A DNA stretch of 64,000 nucleotides from Amoebophrya sp. A120. Lineage: Eukaryota > Protista > Dinoflagellata. A program made the translations under genes and the position numbers. The stretch spans positions 2,065,065-2,129,064 of the forward strand of contig CAJINV010000003.1 in assembly GCA_905178155.1 (NCBI GenBank), given 5' to 3'. Shown piece by piece: positions 35,501-46,079 of this stretch; position 1 is the first letter of the stretch; each line of letters starts with the position of its first letter. The notes under the pieces were generated by a model. That model searched no databases, had not been told where the DNA came from, and was given only the letters and a program-made list of their open reading frames with translations.

Positions 35501-38500
35501 GTTCGTCCCTTGTGATCTTTGCATTGCAAGTTTTCTCTGTCGTTTTGCAGAGACAATTTGTGCAAGGTGGCTTTGCGACAAAAGTGCAAAAACTGAAACA
35601 CTTTGTTTTTCGTCGGGTAATAATCAGGGGTTTCTCAATGTACTTCTGGCAAATCAAATTTCCCACATTGGGATCCTTACCGGTCGTGGTCGGAGACCGG
35701 AATTCGTCCGTCGTGGTTCTTCGCCTCGGCGTGTTGGGCGAGTTGGTGTTATACTGCTGTTGTTGTTGAAGATCACGATCAGGAAAGAAAGTTTCCCCGT
35801 CACCACCAGCCTCGTCCTTGGTTTCGTTATCGTACTGGTTGTTTTCTCCGTCCTCGGAAGCCGAGTGACTTCTCGAGCTGTTTCCACTGGAATTCTGGTA
35901 GTCCTTTTCCAGCGTCCGCAGAATCTTACTTGGCGATAGGGAGGCGCTGCGGCTCTGCTTTTTGGAGGCGCGAGCACCGCCGGGACCGATGTCGTCAGAG
36001 GTCAGCAGAGCGGGAGGGCGATTTCTATCTGCCAGTCGTCCGCCCCTGCTGGTCGTCGTCGTGCCCGTAGTTGGTACTACAGAAGATGTTGACAGGTTCA
36101 TCAGTCCCAAGGAGCTACTAGAGCTGCTGACCGCGGCGGTCGTGGTACTCGAAATCCCTCGCGCGCGCCCATTCGCGACTTGCAAGCAACCCGTATCGAA
36201 ACTCGGCACACCGTCGCTGCGCACGGGAATGTGGTGCAAGGCTAGCGGACCATACCGCGAAAACAAACCCATGCTCGCTTTGGCAAGCGAATTATACGAC
36301 CGCGTCTTCCAGATTTCCTCTAACGTGTTCACCACTTGGATTCCGCGGCCACGGCTCTGGTTCGTGGGTTTGATGATCCACAGATTGTGGAATCCGTCGA
36401 CGCCCCCCGTGAGGGAGCTTTCCTCTTGCGAAAACTTGGTTCGGAACAAGTTCAGCAGCCTTGTCGCGGTGAAGGGATTGCTCATGTTGTTGGAGATCGA
36501 CGTACGTTGCACGAGCTCCGCTGGGCCGTTTGTGTTGTAGAACAGGCAGTATTTCGGCAGCTTTCCGTGAAACCGCTCGGAAATGCCACGCACCAGCAAT
36601 TCCTCAGCCGTAATGGGCACGACCAAGTGTGCGGTCGCGCCACCCGTGAACGGTTTGTTAGGTTTTTCGTGTCCGGTCGGGGCAACGACAACACACCCCT
36701 CGACATTGATATTCGAAGATGTCTTGCTAGACGGCGGCAGGCCCGTCGTCGAGTTGCGTTGCTGCTGGGAAACAACCTTCGGGGGTCCTCGCCCACTGCT
36801 GTCCACCCTGTCGCGCGAGTTCGTGGACCCGGCCGGTCCATTTGATGATATTCCACCAGATCTGGTGCTAGCTCCGGAAGTAGAAGTGTTGCTGGCGAGA
36901 TTCTTCGTGGTGTTGGCACTCCAGTCGATCTGGTCCAGCACCAGCATGCGAAAATACTTCTCGGATAAGTTGATCCGCGTTGGATCCTGCATTTCTGGGT
37001 GGCGCCGGTGCCAGTCACTCGGCTTGAGCGGCTTGGTCTGCACAAAACTCCGCCGGCTGCCGTTCATCCCCGTGAGGCTGTTGATGACCCGCATCACGCC
37101 CTTCTGCACCTCGCGGAATTGGAAGCGCAGTGGTAGATCCTCGGGGAGGAACAGCAAACGCCCCTCGCCGTCGATGCAATCGCGCAGCAGTAGAACTTTC
37201 AACCACTCTGTGTCGTACGCAGCGTCGTCCGAAACGTTTTCATTCGCGTTTTCCCGCTTCAAGTACAGACGCGTAATCGCCTCGACGTATTCTTCGATCA
37301 TGTCGACCTCGAGTTCCGGGTTCCGGAGGGGATCCCGGGGATCCAGATCCGCGCGCAGGTAGCAAAAATTTCCCGCATGCGCTCCCAGCGACGGATCGGA
37401 GCCGCGGGTCAGCACTTGTTCTGTGGACGATTTCAGACCGGAAAGGGAGGTCGTCGCCTGAGATATGATCAAACTATTCTTCCGGGAATTCGACAGGCTA
37501 CTGCTGGACGAAGATTTCTGGAGCTCCCCAGTCGGCCGCCGGTAGTAGTTGTCAATAGCCTCCAAATTTAGCGTCTGGGCGTTCAGCTGCAAAAAGGAAA
37601 CCGTCCCGCGAATGCGGTCCACTTCGGCGAACTCGATCTTGCCTCGGAGGTCAAGCAAGAGACTTCTTGCGAAATGGTACTGGTAAACTCCGATGAACCG
37701 ATCAAAAGCACGCTTTTCTGCCAGGTCGTAGGAAGGCGTCATCATACGGAAAGGAAGATGGCGTGCATACCTGAAGTAGAGCACGATACAGGAAAAAAAT
37801 ATTTACTTGGTTGTCAAATAAGAAGCAAAACCAACTTGATTTTCCAAAGTCCGAAACTACGCAAAAAAAAACCTACCAGCATAACTTCTACACTCTTTAT
37901 ACCGTTCAATGTTTCTTTGCAACCCGAGTTTCGTTGTCAATTCGGAGACCGAGCCGAAGAAGTTCACGATTCGCTTGTCCTTCAACAGGTTTAGCGGCAC
38001 CCCAATGTCCGCAATTTTCAAGCCGAACTTCAAATCCCAAAACAAGGCTCGATTCCCGGTGGTATCCAAGAAAAAAACGTTGTAGGTGTAACTTTTTTGG
38101 AGGAACAGCATTAGCATTACAAGTTTGACTAACATGACAGCAAAAACCTGTCATGCGCAGATAGTACGTAAAAACGCCCTTTACTGGACCCTGCGACGCA
38201 TGCCAAGCATGACAGACGCAATCATCTTGCATGTTGAGCATCACAAATTTACACTATTAACAACGTTTTTTTCTTGGATAGGTGGCCTCACTGTTGTAGT
38301 ACCATCCGTGCGACTCCATGGCCCGACGCAAGGCGTCCAGCGCGCCACCCACCGAGTGCGTTGGCGAGGGATTGGGGTACAGCGCAAACACCCGCGTCTT
38401 CGGATCGATCTCCTTCTGCTCACGCCACTGCTCGTAAGTTTCCGGCAGCTCGTGAAACTGGCTGCTGCCGTTGCTGAAGCCAAACCGCGTTTGCACTTTG

Positions 38501-38820
38501 CGCCAATGCGACGGATTGTTGCCGCAGGTGGGCGTCGCGGCCGCGGGAGACGCGGTGCTTGAGGAACCTCCCTGTGCTTGAGGACCCCGTACGGGAGACA
38601 CCGACAGTCTGGCGCCCGCCTTGCTCGGGCTCGTGGTGGTGGTCGTGGATGACGTCCACGCACTGCGGCTGCTGGGAGCTTGGACAACGATCGGGGGACT
38701 GGCCAGGGAGGCGGACGTGCCTGTACCGAGCGCTGATCCAATGGTATTACGACGCGGCGCCGCGGTCGGCGAGGCTGAAGACATCGTCACGCCACTCCCT
38801 CGCCGTGGCGACCCCAACAT
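32516..38820 (-). CDS. TTLL3: Tubulin-tyrosine-ligase-like protein, TTLL3/8-type tubulin monoglycylase (~1903 aa, 4 exons)
   Basis: Motifs WDLKF, VNFF..VSELTTKLGL, NLWIIKPTNQSRGRGI, QKYIEKPLIIGRRKFDIRQWVVVT, IHLTNNAV and FEIFGFDFMVD..KLWLIEVNSAP. Introns: introner 38063-38280, GT-AG 37771-37872, introner 35357-35619. Confidence 0.85.
35357..35619. mobile_element. Introner/MITE, family A
   Basis: Left tatgcaaagaaaaaagtgctacagttac, right aactgaaacactttgtttttcgtcgggta; TSD atgac/ataat. Removing 268 bp rebuilds the conserved TTL motif KPL(I/V)IGRRKFDIRQW. Confidence 0.85.
38063..38280. mobile_element. Introner/MITE, family A
   Basis: Perfect 21-bp TIR tatccaagaaaaaaacgttgt; perfect TSD ggtgg. 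Removing 223 bp joins GWYYNSEAT|GNRALFWDLK. Confidence 0.93.
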
Positions 38821-39584
38821 GATCCTCGCGCGGCTTGTGTACTTAGTAGAGCTTCAAAAAAAAACCATGACCTTCCTGAGTACTAGATCTAGAGCACAAC
38901 CGACAAAAATTGATATGGATCCGATTATCTTCAAGTCTGTCTTGCTCTACTTGTGAAAAAAAACGGGCCCGCCACTTGTTCTTTCCCTGTGCCCCATCCT
39001 GGCACGCACGATTGCACATCCACCCACGATTCTTTTTTCAAAAAACGAAACGACAACGATTGGCATGACTGTTCCTGTGCCCATGAGCACTGATGAAAGA
39101 GTCAAAGCTAAGCGATGTAAGAATCATCACGCAAGAGGATTTGTTGCTGGAACAATATGAGTCGCCACTATTATAGACCTCAGTAGGATCATCGCAAAAC
39201 CACGGCGGATAGACACGGTCACGGAAAACATACAGCTTGACACGCTTACATTTTTTACCTAGCAAAGTCCACGTCTCAACCACGTATCTATACGGTACCT
39301 GCAGACTTCTGTGTCTTTCGACCGATTTTTTGCGTCAGCGGTAAATACTTATCCGTCACCGACAATGCCACTTCACATTGAAGAACATCCTCTGAATGTT
39401 GCTTGGAGGGCGAGGCAGAGGGTAAGGAAGTGCTGTAAGTTCCTACACGACAACAATGTACGTAGCCTAGCACGGTGGTATTAGTCCACCGATTTACTTT
39501 CTCGCAAAGTGACTTTTCGGTTGTGAAAGGGGTAGAGTTCTTCTTCCTTTTACTGGTGTTGCGGAATCATAGGGGATCTAGTGC

Positions 39585-41388
39585 TCAGTGACCATGTGCC
39601 TTGAGAAACGCTTGATCCGCCTTTCGGCGCTCTCCTTTGACGTTCAAATTCCTATTCGCGCTCATGGCGGCTATCTTGTCTCTACTGTGCGCCATCTTCG
39701 CCGCGTCATCGCGGGCCTTCCGGTCCTGCTGCGTGCTCATCATGGAGGTCATCTGTTTCATAACGTCTTTCGGTTCGCCTCCTTGCTTGTGGAAATTTCG
39801 CATCATGGAGGTGAACTCAGCCTTGCCGCTAGCGGATTGTCCCAGCGGCATCAGCAGTCGCTTCGTACAGTTTGGATCGAAACACGGAGCCCAACCTGCA
39901 AGTGAGTTTTAGTGATTTTCTTTTGATTAGGCGGTTCGCGTTGACTCATAATCTTCTGCGACGGCGTTGCATTTTCTGATACATATGGATTTTCAAACAT
40001 ACAAAAGCGATCAAGATTCTCACTCTATCGAGCGTGCAAAGAACATCAATAAAAAGCAGAGAAAAAAATCGTAGTAAACCTGCTAGAGGTGGCGCTAGTT
40101 TAACCCAGCAGGGCTGTCGGCGACCGTTTCGGATGCCTTCGTCGATGATTTCGCACGCGACGAGCCGGGTGTTCTTCTTGAACGGCCCCATCATCTTCTG
40201 GCTGTGCCAGGAGGGGTTTTGCAGCGAGCGCACGCAGTTGCCCTCGACCACCTTGTAGCTCCACCACTCAATGCGGTAGTCGCAGCCGGACAGCAGGTCG
40301 TGCAGTGTGTGGTTGGACTCCACGTACAACTTGCAGGGGAACCAGCCGTAGTTGTTGATGCTGGGAATCCAGGCCTGCGCGTACTCCTCGTGCGTGTATT
40401 TGTGCTTGACCACCGTGTCCGTCTCCAGCAGCGTGCCGAACCAGAGCGGCTCGGCCTCGTGGATGAGCTGGCCGGGGTCCGCCGTGGGGCCCCACCTGGC
40501 CGACACGCCCTCCTTCACGGTGCAGATGTAGTGCACGGGCGGGTCCGAGTGTTTCAGGTTGGTTTCCGAGATCGCGAGTAAATTCCCCGGCAGCTTCAAC
40601 GGCGTCCACCCGTCCACGCAGGGGCCAACCTTCGGGTCCAGCTTGTACATCACCATCTCCTCGCCGTCGGTGGTCTTGTATTGCACGAACTCCTGGATTT
40701 TGATGAACGTGCCCGAGGGAATGGTCGTGATGATCGGCAGGTAGACACAGGGGTCCTTGAACACGGGGATGGTCCTGACCGTCGTGAACTGGCAGGTCTT
40801 CAGCTGCGCGTTCTTGTTACCACTCGTGTTCACCTCGGTCAGCACCGGGATTTTCCCGGCCATGGGGTCGCTGGCGGTTTCCAAAACCCACTCGGCCTTG
40901 AACCCCCGCACGTACTTGAGCCCGTCCTTCCCGGGCCGCGCGCGCGCGTCGCACGGGATCACCTCGCCCAGCTCGGCCCGCCCGCACTCCGGAATCGCGC
41001 TGTTGCAGTCCTTGAACATGGGCGCCCCGTCGGCGTTTATCACCATGTAGAAAAAGTCGCCGTACTCGATCTTGGGCTTGTATTTCCCCTTACTGTAGCC
41101 CGCTTGCACCTTGTTGTTCGGGTGGCTGGCGGAATTGGGATCGTACGAGTACGCGTACTCCGCGCCCTCCCAGGGCTCAAAGTACTTCTGCGCACCCTGC
41201 CCGGTGGACGTCGACGGCGCCGCGCCCCAGCACGTCGAAAAATCCATATCCCCGCCCGCGTCGCCGTGCCACTGGTCTTGCTGCCAGTTCTCCCCGCCCG
41301 CTTGCGCGGGCATACCCTGCATCTGCTGCGGCCACTGGTCCTGGTTCCAGTACTGCCCGTCGTCGGCCGGCCAATCTTGCCACGACAT
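39585..41388 (-). CDS. Hypothetical protein, W/Q-rich N-terminus and repeated beta-rich modules (2 exons)
   Basis: Strong GC3 coding bias. A GT-AG intron (~39896-40079) joins KLAPPLA|GWAPCFDP to ORF 39585..39851. Confidence 0.7.
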
Positions 41389-42305
41389 CTTCGGTGTAGC
41401 TGAAGGCTCACTGTAGTGAATTTCTAGTATACGATATAGGATGAACAAATTGTAATTGATGTCTCGTCAAGTCATCAAAATAAAATACGAATTTGGGTTC
41501 TTCGGGTTGATAGAGCTTCGTGGTGGGGCATCGGAGAAGGGGTAGGTAAAAGTCTTGCCTGCTGCAAAAATCTTTCTTCACGATGACACTACATTGCTTG
41601 ATGCTAGAGGTCATAGGGTAAGAGCTCAAGACCGAAAACAAATACCGATTTAGAAAAATCTGGTGGAGTCGCATCATGAACGATATGTACGATGTTTGTT
41701 TGGTGTGTGATGTACGAAAATGGTGAAACGACCGATGTACTTATTTCGTACGAGGATGCCTCGGTACCCGAGCTAAGTACCGATCGACGATGAACGAAGA
41801 AGAAGTAAGACGAAGAAACGCACAAACACATGAGTGAACACCTGACCCAAAGCGCGCGCAAATTGGTGAACCGATCGTCAGACAGTACCTAATTAGTTTT
41901 TGTATTCTCAATTTTCCAATAAATCCTTCCTGAAAATATTTACATATATCATCCATGGTCCTACACCTACAGCTAATTTTGTTCATTTAGATTTACAACA
42001 TTTAGAATCAAACCATTTTTCCAACTTAAATGTTCCTCGCAGTGGCAAGTACGTTTTCATTTTTTCATTTGAGCCTGGAATACAACAAAGCCAGCTTAGT
42101 GGTAATGGTGAAGCCTTCGAAACAAAAATTATGCTATCTACCGAGAAGTACATACTTATTTTTTGTTCTGCGCCGTGAGAGCCAATCGACTAGCGGACCA
42201 GAAGCGTCGCTTGACGGTACGACTCCGGAGTGGAGCAGATGAAGAGAGAACCAATCAGGCGTCGCCAGAACTCGTCGTCCCCGGTGGCCGTGGCGCGGTC
42301 TACTT

Positions 42306-43443
42306 CTATTGGCGGTTCATATCATGCAGCAAGTTGAAACACATGTCATATGCGGGAAGAGTGAAACATGCGACGGGCGCAGCCCGCAGGATGCAAAAAG
42401 ATAAGCCCCGATATAAACCGGAAAGCCCTTCTTTGCGGTGGATCTGACGAGCGTACTTGATCCAGCTGGATTGCAGTTTGGCCTGGTGCGGCAGCTGCCC
42501 ATGCTGATGGAAGTCCCGCTGCATGCGACTGCGGATGACGTCACAGGGGTAGGTGGCTGTCCAGCCCGCAATCCCCGCGGCGGCGCCGGCCAGGGGGCGC
42601 GGCCACCCGTCCGCCTCGTCCGCGCGGCTGCATTGGCCCGACAAGTAGGTGAACGTTGCCATGTAGAAGCCGCGACCAATCCCCTCTTGGATCAAGTGCG
42701 GTAAATAGCCGAGGCGGAGTAGCGTCAACGGCTGTCTCATCCAGGGGAGAACATCACGCACCGACCGGAAGAACGAGGTTGGTACCGCGCTCGCGGGCGT
42801 CACCTGCGCCCGCAGCTTCACGCACACCACTGGAAACATGAGGATCGCATTGACCCAGCCGCTCCCGCACCCCGCCACAAAGTCGATTAGCACGGTCTGC
42901 CGGGTTGCCGTTAGGGGGTCAGCGCAGTTGGCGGGATCGAATGCAGGCACCACGGAGAGCTGATCCTTGAAGTATCGCCAACTCCCAAACATCAGCGTGC
43001 TGCTCAATCCGCTGGTCAGCAACGGGCCATGGATTCCACGGTAAAGAACGCGAATGGCCTTCGCATACTGCCGAGCGCGGTCACTGGCAGTTCCTGCCGG
43101 AATCGGGCCTCCGCCCGCGAAAACCCTCGAACCAGTGCTACCGATGTTCGAACCTGAGAAATTTTCGTTGGCATCAATCCAGCAACTTTTTGCATGTGGT
43201 TGTCATACATACTGCACTACCTTGACAGCGTGCTTCCATACTTGCACAAAGGTGACAGAAGTCCGTACCTGCAGAAGAAGGCGAACGCAGCAGCTGACGG
43301 ATCCCACCATCGCTGTCGGAGACTCGAGCTTGGGCGCGGACTTTTCCCGTGTCGAAGGGATGGCCAATCGTGATATTGACTAGCCCCGCAAACCAGCCAG
43401 CAGCCATGGCCTCGTAAGTCACAGAAGCACTCATGGTGGTCAC
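42306..43443 (-). CDS. Mitochondrial carrier (SLC25, carnitine/basic amino-acid carrier-like)
   Basis: Three carrier signatures HPFDTGKVRAQ, FPVVCVKLRAQ and YPCDVIRSRMQ, plus EGLSGLYRG. One GT-AG intron at ~43154-43268. Confidence 0.88.
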
Positions 43444-43949
43444 TCAGCTGCGTCCTGGTGGCTGCGGCGCTGCTCTTGCGACTGCACCACGGCACGCTGC
43501 TAAGTCCCACGCTTCTGGTCCATGTGGGCACCCCACTGCCCACAACGAACGCCGGACCGCTGCGACTATCACGAAACGCTCGAGACTTCGAACGCCATCG
43601 CTATCCACGACAAAGACAATTCACTTCTTCTATTGCTTTAGGCCGCGCCGACCCATCGGAAGAGCAGCGCTCACATGTGCAGCAGCTACGTATCATTGAG
43701 GAACGAGGCGAAGAAAGGAAGGCTACTGAAGGTAGAAGCAGAATCGAGCAGGATAACGTGAAATGCGCCACCGCTCAATAAATCAGAGGCAGACGAATAC
43801 ACAAGAATAAGAAACCCAACACATTCCTATATATCACACACGGCGAACACACACAAATACGTCCGCAGGCAAGACTAATACTTATACACTGAGCCCTGCC
43901 TCCGATACCGCACGCAAACGCGAGAACAGCTGCGCAGCTGGACGCCCTC

Positions 43950-45550
43950 ACGGTTGGTGCAATTGCAAACATACAGCTACGAAGTTGCCTGAGTAAATAC
44001 TGGCTGCAGGCACACGCTCGCAATAAAAGCCACGGCGCCTGCGCATGTGCACCACGCAGCGACGGAATCTGTCTGCCCAAGGGGGCGGTCTGCCTGCGTG
44101 CGGACAGAGTAACCAGCGCGGCGGGCCCCCACCCCCGCCCGACCACCAGCGGGCCCGCAGGCGCAAGCGACCGACCCAGCGCCGGCAGGTGGGGCGTGTG
44201 GTCGTCGGCATACAGAGCGACCCACCTGCGGCGAGCTGAGGCGGGGCCACGGGGAGGGCCCGCCGCGCCCGACATTGGCGCCCCCCCCCCCCCAAGTCCG
44301 TTGCGGCAGCCAGGCAGGCCCTTGGGCGAGAGGCGGGCCACAGCCTTCGGGACGTCTGGGCCAAGACTCTCGGCCAGTATCCTCGCACGCAGCCGGCCGC
44401 CCAAAGCGTGCGCCGACACTATCCGCGCCGCCAGGATTCGCAACGCCATCCCGGGCTCCTTGGCTGTGGGCGACGCCTAAGTGTTTAAGTACGCAGCGGC
44501 GCCCCGCCCTCGTGAAGTTCGGGCTGCGCAATCGCGGCCGCCCAGGCTAATGGCAAAGGCCTGACAGCCGATCTTCTCCGCCTGGAAGTTTTCCGTCCCT
44601 GGGCCGGCGCGGCATCTTTACCCAATGGGGCCAGTTCTTCCATCCCTAGCGCCGCCGCGTGCAGCACGGGGGGCGCCGCATCACCGGGGGGATTTGCCCC
44701 CGCCTGCGCTCGCCATCCCACTCGCCCCAGCGCCGGCAGCGAAGCAAACACTGGCGCACCCTTCCGGAGTTGTTTGGCGGCTTTCTCCGCCCACTTCTTC
44801 CAGGACCGCTCAACACATCGCGGGATCAGAACGGGACAAGAGCGCGCGCCCCCCCCGGGCTGCAAGCCGTGCCGGGCGTGGTTGGCGCGCCGCCAAGGGC
44901 CTCCCCAAAAAACTTCTTGCCCGATACCGCTCGGCCAGGTGTGCGAGCAATACCGACACAACGCGGAACGGCTCGGCAGCCTCACAACACGCGGAGAAGT
45001 CTGGCGCCGACACAGAACAACCGCCGCGCTTTTGCTGGGTTTTGTCTTGTGGCTGGGACGGCTTGAGGGAAGGGCCCTCTGCGAGCATGTTGCGCAGCTC
45101 TGCCTTGACCCCGTGACCCCTTTCGGACGGCTCAGGCAGCTCCGGCCCCGCCCGTGTCGTCCCGGCTGACCCGGAAAGCCTTGCTCGCCGGGCAAGTAAG
45201 TGCCGGCATCCATGGAGAAAGGAGGCAGCCCGAAAGCCGCGGGCCTGGCGGATGCACGCGCACCGTCCGGCCGCGCTGCGGTGCGCAGCGTCGCAAAAAC
45301 GGCTCGCCGCTGCCCCCTTTTCGGGGTGCCTATGTATCAACAGCACACAAGTGGCACACTTCCAGCCGCTTGGCCACGACGTTGGTGGTCTGCGCAAGCG
45401 TCGGGGCCAGCCTTTGCGCGCAAGGTCTGCAGGCGCTGCCTGCTGAAGTGGGCGACCGTGGCGAAGGTGTTCGCCTAACGCATAGCAGCAATGGGCAGCA
45501 TTCGTTCAGCAATCTGTCAACTACCACAGCGCGCGCCATAAAGAGAAACT
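43950..45550 (-). mobile_element. Decayed non-LTR retrotransposon reverse-transcriptase remnant
   Basis: GC-rich island. Frameshifted minus frames give VRPLPL, LGVAHSQG..GGADSV, RNGLGGGGAPMS and VALYADD (44201-44212), in RT motif order. Confidence 0.5.
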
Positions 45551-46079
45551 GAACATCGAACACGAAGACGCACGAGAAGGCTCGGATAATGCCTTCGAAC
45601 TTTAATACCACATTTGCATTTCTCGCCAAGGAAAACTATTCCAGGAGAACGTTCTGCAAGAGTCTTTGAAAAACCCAACAGCTCGCATTGGGCGTGTCTG
45701 TAGCTGTGCTCCTGTAAGTACTTGGGTGCAAATGCGGTCCGCACAAGTAGAACGAAACGCACACACAGTTAGTGAGTACCACAGAAGGGAGCCTGCACGC
45801 CTTTGACAGCTTTGACTTTATCACTGTAGCTTATTTGAAGGACGGTTTATCACTTAACTTGGACGTTTTGCTTTTTGATGTTGATTGCAAAAAACTACTA
45901 TGCGCGCATAACTGAAACCGGACATACAACAAGGAATCATAACACCCAAATTCACTTGCTAGTGATGTAGCAACGATGAAGCTCCTACAAGAGGGCACAG
46001 AGAGGTGCAATGTTGCGGGTGCGCGAGTCTTGTACAAAAACTTTCCGCAACATCCACCCCCTACAACCGGAGATTATAT

